Source: Lingula anatina (taxonomy: Eukaryota > Animalia > Brachiopoda). Taken from it: DNA of 64,000 nt. Within the stretch, counting starts at the first letter, position 1. Every line of letters begins with the position of its first letter. The notes beneath the pieces were generated by a model that saw nothing but the letters and a program-made list of their open reading frames with translations, was not told where the DNA came from and did no database searches. The DNA is taken from contig CM120649.1 in the NCBI GenBank assembly GCA_051362555.1, positions 12,586,001 through 12,650,000 of the forward strand, read 5' to 3'. The translations under genes were made by a program, and so were the position numbers. Positions 54,832-64,000 of the stretch are shown here, in pieces.

Positions 54832-57800
54832 CCGGTGTAACGAAACCGAGGGTCCGTGTAACAAAAAGTCCGACCTCCATTTAGTTATAATGGTTAGGGT
54901 TATCCTGACCTACATGTAGTGGGTTAAAATCTAGGGCGAGGCTTAGCTGTGCAAATGAATAGGAAGCGACTCTATCATGGGGGTCTCTCTGTTATACCGG
55001 ACTGATGTATGGTAACTGGGCCCCAAATCAAACAGTAGGATGGAATACATAGGCCTATAACAGAGATATTATTATTATTATATAACGGAGGAAATCACAT
55101 GTATTTACTTTGTAATAATATGCTGTCCTGCTCATTATTTCAATTTTTTTTACTTTGCCAATAAAATATTATTGGTAGGCCTATCAGATTTATTTGGGGC
55201 CATTCCACAAAAAAGGAAGTTTCCCTCAAATATATATATATATAGGCCTATATATATTGAATGATTTTTCTGAGAGCATATATTACTTTGACTTGTGGCT
55301 TGATACACATGGCTTATTATGACTTTTGTTCTTATGTTTACCATAGTGTTGTACAATTCTTCAATGCTAAGCTCTACAAAATGTCTTTGTTTTAAAATAA
55401 TGGAATACATGTTACATAACGGAGATATTATTATTATATAACGGGGCAAATCACGACAGGTATTTCCTTTGTAATAATCTGCGGTGCTTTTTAGTGTTTC
55501 CTATTATTTCAAAAACCGGCTTATCGACTGGAAATCCATGATGACAAGCAGATTTGGCGATCAGCATGCAATTTTATACATCGAGGAACGCGGAATATAT
55601 TTTCTGTGGGTTGACACAAATTAAAACTTACGTTTATTGTTCAACAAAATTGAAAGAACGTTTCTTCAATGCATCTCTATAAAAAAATATATATAACTTG
55701 TGAAAGAACGTATGCTAAAACTGGTGAAAAAACAGTTGGCGTGGGAAATGGTAAATAGGAGGGAAAAAGGAAGTCTAACAAAATTTGCACGATTAACATA
55801 ACATCTGAGGTGGGGATTATTCAACCTTCTTCGTTCTACAGTCCAATCGATTTCCAAGTCTGATAGCTATACATTTAAATGACATACTTTGATAAAAAAT
55901 TAAAACAGGAATATTCTCAATTTACCACCGTTGACATCTTAATACCTTTCAAATTATAATTAAATATATGCATTGTAATAGTATATTACTCATGAAAAAT
56001 GAAAACGAAAGATAATATGAACAGAAGAGTATATTTGATCTCTACGTGCTATATAAAAAATAAATAATTTGAACCAATAAATTACAATTTTTCTCCTTTT
56101 AGACAACAGACTGACACGCAGGTGTGATATTGATCAGATATTGATGTAGATGAGATCAGTGGTACTGATTAATAGACGGTTATATGCTTAGTAATATATT
56201 CAGATACAGTAAGCCCACTACATAAATTTCACTCGAAAAAAGTTGTTGTAACAGAAAGTCCGACCTCCATTTAGTTATATGGTTAGGGTTAGCCTGATAG
56301 TGGGTTAAAATCTAGGGCGAGGCTTAGCTGTGCAAATGAATAGGAAGCGACTCTATCATGGGGGTCTCTCTGTCACGTTATACCGGACTGATGTATGGTA
56401 ATTGGGCCCCAAATCAAACAGTAGGATGGAATACATAGGCTACATGTATAACGGAGATAATTTTATTATATAACGGAGGAAATCACATGTATTTACTTTG
56501 TAATAATATGCTGTCCTGCTCATTATTTCAATTTTTTTTACTTTGCCAATAAAATATTATTGGTATGCCTATCAGATTTATTTGGGGCCATTCCACAAAA
56601 AAGGAAGTTTCCCTCAAATATATATATATATATAGGCCTATATATATTGAATGATTTTTCTGAGAGCATATATTACTTTGACTTGTGGCTTGATACACAT
56701 GGCTTATTATGACTTTTGTTCTTATGTTTACCATAGTGTTGTACAATTCATCAATGCTAAGCTCTACAAAATGTCTTTGTTTTAAAATAATTGAATACAT
56801 GTTACATAACGGAGATATTATTATTATTATATAACGGGGCAAATCACGACAGGTATTTCCTTTGTAATAATCTGCGGCGCTTCTTAGTGTTTCCTATTAT
56901 TTCAAAAATCGGCTTATCGACTGGAAATCCATGATGACAAGCAGATTTTGCGATCAGCATGCAATTTTTACATCGAGGAACGCGGAATACATTTTCTTTG
57001 GGTTGATACAAATTAAAACTTACGTTTATTGTTCAACAAAATTGTAAAAAAAAAATTTCTTCAATGCATCTCCACATAAAAAGAATATAACTTTTGAAAG
57101 AATGTATGATAAAACTAGCGATAAAATAATTGGTGTGGGAAATGGTAAATAGGAAGGTAAAAAGGGAAGTCTTGCAAAATTTGCACGATTAACATAACAT
57201 CTGAGGTGGGGATTATTCAACCTTCTTCGTTCTACAGTCCAATCGATTTCCAAGTCTGATAGCTATACATTTAAATGACATACTTTTGATAAAAAATTAA
57301 AACATGAATATTCTCAATTTACCACCGTTGACATCCTAAGACCTTTCAAAATATAATTGAATACATGCATTGTAATAGTATATTACTCATGAAAAATGAA
57401 AACGAAAGATAATATTAACAGAAGAGTATATTTGATCTCTACGTGCTATATAAAAAATAAATAATTTGAACCAATAAATTACAATTTTTCTCCTTTTAGA
57501 CAACAGACTGACACGCAGGTGTGATATTGACCAGATATTGATGTAGATGAGATCAGTGGTACTGATTAATAGACGGTTATATGCTTAGATACAGTAAGCC
57601 CACTACATAAATTTCACTCGAAAGAAGTTGTTGTTGTTTTAATTTCTACACGTGTGCAAAAGATGGTAATTGAAAATAAGTGAAATACACAGGATAAAAA
57701 TTACATTATGTACTTAACACTTTCGAGGGCTTTTTGCAAATAACTGTATTTTGGCCAATGGCCCTAATCATTCTTTCTTTGATTACAATTTTGATTGTTC

Positions 57801-58102
57801 GTTATTTTCTTTTTGAATCCGTGTTATAAGTTGAATATTTTATAAATAATTCCTCTTAAATGCGGACCCTCGGTATTTAAACAAAGGGTCTTTGAATTTT
57901 CCGTATTGACAGAGAGTGTCCAGGCGGGGTCTTCAATTTAGAACTTGAGTCCTGAATTTGGGACACGTTATTTCGAGACAGAGAGCCTGCCGGACACTCA
58001 GCTTTAAAACACCGGTTCCTATGTCTGACTAACCCTAACCATTATAATTATATGGAGGGCGGACTTTCTGTTACACGATGACCCTCAGATTCGTTACACC
58101 GG
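54832..58102. mobile_element. Region bounded by ~75-bp inverted repeats (CCGGTGTAAC...GTTACACCGG); putative non-autonomous DNA transposon or composite
   Basis: 54832-~54903 is the reverse complement of ~58028-58102, with few mismatches; no transposase ORF seen. Confidence 0.7.
54857..57633. repeat. Tandem duplication, period ~1390 bp (copy A 54857-56246, copy B 56247-~57633)
   Basis: Near-identical sequence and paired ORFs (55150/56528; 55666/57026); TGT at the junction. Confidence 0.95.
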
Positions 58103-60229
58103 CAAGGATTTTGATGGATTAAACATAGAACTTTTATGATTCTTACGTTAAATACTGTATATTGCTAGACTTTGAAATTAATGAAATAAAATACCAGTCT
58201 GACGAAGTTTACCTCATTTCCGATGACGTTTGATTTTCCCTAAAATTGCAAATAATGGAAAGCCAACGTTTTTTTTTTTTTTTTTAAATTAAGGTGTTAC
58301 TCTCTCAGGCTGCTAAAAAATGCCCCCATTGCACAATTTGGGGCGATCAGTCGTCAAAATAAGCGGATAAGTTTACTACGGCATCGTGAACATGAGTCCT
58401 TCTTCAAAAGAAGCTCAAGCCGAATAACTAAATGGTGTACAATAAAATTTTCCCCGCGTGCTTTATTTGATCGGCCGGAATCGAATTTTTGACGAAAAAA
58501 ATGATTTCGACATTTTCCAGCACATAATAAAGAACGCCGTTGATGACATTTTGCGTGGATACGGAATTTTTTACCTCTTTACTTCTTAAGTACATCTAAA
58601 AAAAGAATTAATGTATAGGCCCGAACAAAGCCCGTGTATACCACACACTTCCCACAAATAAAATAAATTAATAAAAGGTTATCTACAGCTAAGGTGATAA
58701 TGCCACACTTGGAACGCCTGTTAAACTATTAAGTCGAACAAAAGCAGCGTCGAGTGCTGAAAACAAGCTTAACAGCAAAATACTTGACAGTGCTTTTACA
58801 CACCTGCTGAAAAGGACTTTTGCGTCTCCACAGGATATTAATTTATAATCAGGCATGGAAAGCACGCCTCTGGTAAATCTTTTAAAGTAATAACCGCATA
58901 GACCCAAATGAACCCTGGATATAACGCTACATGTACAATGCAATGACTTAACACAGTGCAGCAAGTGCCAGGCATCTCGATGGAAGAAAAAACACGCCGG
59001 CCTTTTCTTACCTAAATCAATTCAAAAACATATCATTCGAAAATTTTCTCAGCTGATTCTAAAATTACGATGGTATTCAAGAGAAAAAGTAGTTTAAAGA
59101 TATTTTCATTTTTGCACTACATAGAACGCGGGCAAAGGAGATGTGGAGTTCATCGTATTCACTTTCTCTAGTTCCAGTGTTCGTTGCCATGCTGTGACAA
59201 AACTAAAATGAATTCAAAACAAATACAACAGAATTTGTCACAATATGTTTTTTATTTTAATAATACGCAGTCTCCGTAGGAACAAATAAACACAGCTACA
59301 ATACAATTTGTGCAATAAAATATCTACTTAAGCCTGTTTCACAAAAAAGTTCCTGGGCTTAGATTTAAACTGCTAAAATTGAAGATCCGACTATGCAAAG
59401 TCAGCCTTGTGACATCGGTTTAAGATTTATTTTTACTGATTGGCTCTCACTAAATGTATTGGACCTACTTAAACGAGCTACTGTCACCAGTAAGAGCAAA
59501 GAATTGTAATGACGAATCAGAATTTGACCAACGGAGTCGGTGAATAGGCCAAAAATAACAAAACAATTAAATGACCTGACCTTCAAGATTTCGTGTAAAA
59601 GGCACCTTTGTCGTATTTTGTTATAAGAATTATTATTATTAAATTCATAGCGAATTTTAAATTGTTTATCAACCTTGGTAAGCTAAAATTGAAAATTGTA
59701 GCCAATAAACTAACTTAAGTATTATTGTTCATCAAGCAATTGAAATATGACAACGAATGTTGAAATAATGTGATTACAGTAACTTGAAGTTACTTGTTGT
59801 CGGATATTTGACAAAACTGAATGCAACCATACAGTGAAAACATAAATAATAATAATAATAAAAATAATAATAATAATTATTATTATTATAATTATTATTA
59901 TTATTATATATCTTGCAACTAAAAGTTTACATGTAATTAATAGGAGTCATTCGTGTACTAAAACACATTATGGCATTAAAACATAAAAGAAAAAAGTACT
60001 GATTATAATGTAAAATCAAAGCTGCTTCTGGTAACATACAATCCTACAACTGTGAACACTGCGACGATATAACTAATAATATTTCATATTTATTAGCAAT
60101 ATGTAGTGAGGAATAAAATCTGAAATATTAATTGTCAATATATACACTGAATATTTCATCTCAGATTGCAAAACATTACAAGAACAAAGACGGGCTGAGG
60201 CATATCAAATACTATTATTCTCTAAAACA

Positions 60230-61065
60230 GTTTTCACACCCCTTCTGTGTTTGTAGAGTAACTTGAAAATAACCTTATACACATTACCATGATCCTTAAT
60301 TAACTTTATTCTGAATAAACTAAAGTTTCTTTTATCTTGAATATTAACAAATGAACCATACAGTGCAAAGATATATAATACCAAAAATGGACAAATCTGA
60401 AGGTTTTACACCCCTTCTGTGTTTGTTGAGTAACTTAAAGGGATAACAACTGTCTGATGATATCCATATTTCACAAATATTTTGTAAACAACTCATAGAA
60501 ATATGATAAATTCTATTTTACCACCAAAATGTCAGTTAACGCAATTATTCTGGAATCTGTGCTTGCCACCACATCACGTGACCTCCATAGATGGCTACAC
60601 TGTAATAATCTTTTAAGAGAATATTACAAAAAAAAAAAAAAAACTTTGTAGAAAAAATACAGAGACTAACTGAGAATGTCGGAATGGATTCATTGACCAT
60701 TGGTAAGTATGGGAAAATTGCCCTTCACCCCAGGAAAATCCATTTTTGGGCCAAAATGAACAGCTGTTATCCCTTTAAAACCAACCTTATACACCTTAAC
60801 GTTATTCTGAATAAATAAAGTTTCTTTTATCTTGAATATTAACAAATGAACCATGCAGTGCAAGATATATAATACCAAAAATGGACAAATCTGAAGGTTT
60901 TTACATCCCTTCTTTGTTTGTTGAGTAACTTAAAATCAACCTTATAGGCCTACACATAATCATTATTCTTAACGTTTTGCTGAATAAACTGAAATTTCTT
61001 TTATCTTGAATATTAAGAAAGTGCTAAGATATATAATACCAAAAATGGACATATCTAAAGGTGTC
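60230..61065. repeat. ~170-bp tandem repeat, about 3 units, interrupted by a transposon
   Basis: CTGAATAAA.TAAAGTTTCTTTTATCTTGAATATTAA...GATATATAATACCAAAAATGGAC recurs three times. Confidence 0.88.
60439..60774. mobile_element. 336-bp non-autonomous DNA transposon with TTAA TSD (Kolobok-like)
   Basis: TTAA|AGGGATAACAACTGT...ACAGCTGTTATCCCT|TTAA; empty site GAGTAACTTAAAATCAACC in the sister repeat unit at ~60923. Confidence 0.85.
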
Positions 61066-62096
61066 ATTCAATAGTAAGTCGAATTACTAGAAAATGTGCT
61101 ATACATCGTGCAAGAAGATTGTATGACATTACTTTTCATTGTCATGCTTAAAAATAGATATGAATATCCTGGTATATATTTACGGCAATACAAAAAGCAA
61201 TAATATGATAATATTGATATAAATTGAACTATAAAAGTACATTTTCAGTGAATATAATAAAATGAATTAAACCATCACTCCTTGCACAATAACGAACATA
61301 AACTGAGTGCACAAAATTAGATATGTAATCCCAACTACATGAAAGCTCTAGGAGGTTCGGTACGTTAGGATTTTTCCTTATTCTCTTGGACAATGCGGCT
61401 ATAAACACTGTCACGTAAGAAAATAATGCATGAATATAACAGACCTATGAATTGGGATGAATTGGCTAACTCCAGCTGGTGGCCAACAACAGCGCATTTT
61501 GGGTTTAAAGTGTCATACCGATTTCGAGCAGATTCCCCTCACTTGAACAGCATTCAACGCCGTTTGAACGCTTATTTCATCAGAAAGTATTCAGTCTGAT
61601 GCCAGGATATTTTATTGAAAAAATTTTTACTGATGTTATCAGTAAAAAGGCGAGGGGATGCTTTTGTTAAATGGTACCACCGTAATTAAGGGCTCTGGTC
61701 TCCGAAACAAAGACTACCTTTATGGAGAAGTGAGTGGGTCTGATGAGTAAGACAACAAATGAGGGAGTTTGCGCTCTAAAATGATTGTTGTTATTCCATA
61801 TCATCATGAAATGTGTTTCACAAGAGGAAACGGAGACAAAAACAATTTCGCCAAATTAGGCCTTTACAACGTACTAGTATCGAACCCCCGTCAATAAGTA
61901 CGCGTACTCTACATTATTTTTCTGACATACACAATTAACCAGAAAAGAGTGTAACTGATAAACAAATCAAAACCGACCACCACCCCGATTTCAATGTGAA
62001 TAACCTCAAAATGTTTCATGCGTGCGTGTGTTCTTGTGTAAAAGACATATTATCATACTGACCGCCTATTGCCTTACTCTTTTAAGGTATAAGCCG

Positions 62097-63221
62097 CTAC
62101 TGTGCGGACTTGCATTGGCATGCCCCAATCATAAACTTTCTGACACGTTTGTTCAAAATTCCGTAAATAAAGGGATTGGTGACTGAACTAAGCATCAACA
62201 GTTCGATTGATATGTTAAAAATAATATGAAAGGTCACTCTATTGTTTACAATGTAGCTATCAAGCGCCGACAGAAGCGTGTAAGGAATAAATAACAAAGT
62301 AAACGTACCTACTATTATGGCAGTCATCTTTGCCACTTTGACTTGCATTTCATCTAATGAAACCATCAATTTGGATTCCTTGCCTTCAACTGTCAGCTCT
62401 TCTCTTCGAAATTCTTCTCTCTCCTGTTTGGACTGGTTTTCTGTCTGCGCGGTGGAGGTACCTGGCATATTCATCTGAATGCTGTTCACTGGGGTGGGGC
62501 TGGGTCTGGGGGCGTATTTCTTCATTTTCTGTCTTTGCTGCCGGACGCGTCGAAATATGGCGCAATAACACCCTAATGTTATCAGGAGGCAGATTGGCAG
62601 GTGCGGCGTCACCAAGAATCGCATGTGTGTTGGATTGATTATATTACCCTTGCATTCTTTATCCGGGGACCAATCATTCCAGCCGAACAGAGGAGGGATG
62701 GAAATGGCCACCCCGTACAGCCATGTAAAGACTATGGCCGAGATCAGTCTCTTTTTGGTAAATAGTGTCACGTACTGGATATGTCGACAGATCTTAAAGT
62801 ATCTTTCAAATGCAATTAATGTTTGGTGAAAAAGTGATATAAGTATCAGTCCGGATCCAGTGGCAGTCTTAAACAGACAAAAATATTTTTCGGATGCGAG
62901 GTGACGTAGCCCGGGTAAGTTGTCAACGAAATACACAGTGACAATGTGAATCGACATGGCAACGAGACCAGTGACTAAATCCGCAATTGAGAGACTCATC
63001 AAGATGTAGTTTGTTTGCTCTTGAAGTTCCTTAAACTTTGCAAATGCTGCAATGAAAATGCTGTTGCCAACAATCGTCGCAACGAACAGGCTGATTTCCA
63101 CTGCGATGAAAGGCAGGCATGATACCAGGCCCGTGCACGCTGAAGCCACCGTAGAAGTTTCGTTAAGCGTCATGTTGCCTTCCTCTGTCATAAAATCTTC
63201 TTCGATTGATTTGTTCAACAT
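62097..63221 (-). CDS. Intronless class A (rhodopsin-like) orphan GPCR, about 374 aa from the first ATG
   Basis: Seven hydrophobic segments; TM1 GN, TM2 LSIADL, TM3 IAFERY, TM4 W..PPLFGWN, TM7 NPFIY; N-terminal N-glycosylation sequons (NKS, NMT, NET). Confidence 0.93.
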   Translation of the reverse strand: MLNKSIEEDFMTEEGNMTLNETSTVASACTGLVSCLPFIAVEISLFVATIVGNSIFIAAFAKFKELQEQTNYILMSLSIADLVTGLVAMSIHIVTVYFVDNLPGLRHLASEKYFCLFKTATGSGLILISLFHQTLIAFERYFKICRHIQYVTLFTKKRLISAIVFTWLYGVAISIPPLFGWNDWSPDKECKGNIINPTHMRFLVTPHLPICLLITLGCYCAIFRRVRQQRQKMKKYAPRPSPTPVNSIQMNMPGTSTAQTENQSKQEREEFRREELTVEGKESKLMVSLDEMQVKVAKMTAIIVGTFTLLFIPYTLLSALDSYIVNNRVTFHIIFNISIELLMLSSVTNPFIYGILNKRVRKFMIGACQCKSAQ

Positions 63222-64000
63222 TTCGTATCTCTTCAACGCAACCAAAGTCAGCTGTGCTGTTTGATTTGATTACTAGCTAGAATCTAGATATTTGTTTCCC
63301 GTTTCATTTAGACAAATATATATATACCCCAAAAGGAACTACAATTATATAATATAGAAGGTAAAGAATATCATTGGTTGTTATGTCAATACGTCACATG
63401 TCAGAATCTGCACTGGGCGTTTTCTACAATAATCCGAAGGAAAAGAAGAATATTCTCGGTTGTTTTCAGTGACAAAAGATTGTTTGGCTTTCAGACAAAT
63501 TCCGTTACTTCTGTCTTTGTGCATGCAATGTTACTTGAGGTGAAATTCGTTTTAAAAAATAGAGGGTTGCGACTTTAGGAATTATGCTCCCTTTGCAGAA
63601 ATGTATTTGAACATCCTAAAATTCGCATCGATTAGATGACTACTTTTAAAGAGATGTAAAATTAAATGTAAGGAGCCCAACATTTCCCCATCCAAAAATT
63701 GATAATGAATTTTTCAAGTTTAGCTAAAACGACACAACTTGTGGTTTATTATACTGTGAAAATTTTCCTTATACCTACATGTACAGTATACCACATGTTC
63801 AACACAACACTTTTCTATTGCTTTCTAGCAAAACAAGCCACATAACCTACGTTATGTTGTAATTCTTTACACTCAATTGTAAATAATTCAATAATTCAAA
63901 TACCAACACGGTGTTAAGGGATGAAGTGGCTTGAATTTATGGACCAAGTGCTTAGTCATCGTATTAGATCTTCTTAAGTTATCTTTCGATCATTGTGACA

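Noticed and set aside
54891-54903. TTAGGG telomere-like motif
   Set aside because: Fewer than two full units and embedded in the TIR; not an interstitial telomere array.
55150-57253. Paired ORFs (MPRYIII..., MEIDWTV...)
   Set aside because: They recur only because of the tandem duplication, differ by frameshifts between copies, and show no domain.
63222-63245. GPCR start given by the ORF track at 63245
   Set aside because: That codon is TTG; the first ATG is at 63221.

Overview
AT-rich, intron-rich eukaryotic DNA from an invertebrate animal (lophotrochozoan-like; taxon inferred, not established). Bases 1-51013 hold the 3' part of a + strand DOCK-D/Zizimin (DOCK9/10/11-type) Cdc42 GEF gene. 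I traced 37 GT-AG exons whose phases join into one open frame, covering the DHR-1 (C2) domain, the central region, the DHR-2 catalytic domain and a C-terminal ...STV stop. Its introns contain a 5'-truncated L2/CR1-type LINE, a nested antisense two-exon TRIM (RBCC) gene, MITE-like hairpins and minisatellites. Most notable are about 14 extra frame-preserving cassette or micro-exon candidates (9-90 nt), mostly in the largest introns. Six lie in a single phase-1 intron, interleaved with three minisatellites that share an 18-bp core. Downstream are a TIR-bounded region with a 1.39-kb tandem duplication, a TTAA-flanked Kolobok-like element inserted into a ~170-bp repeat, and an intronless class A GPCR ORF on the - strand. 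All coordinates were read by eye, and the alternative exons are predictions that need RNA evidence.
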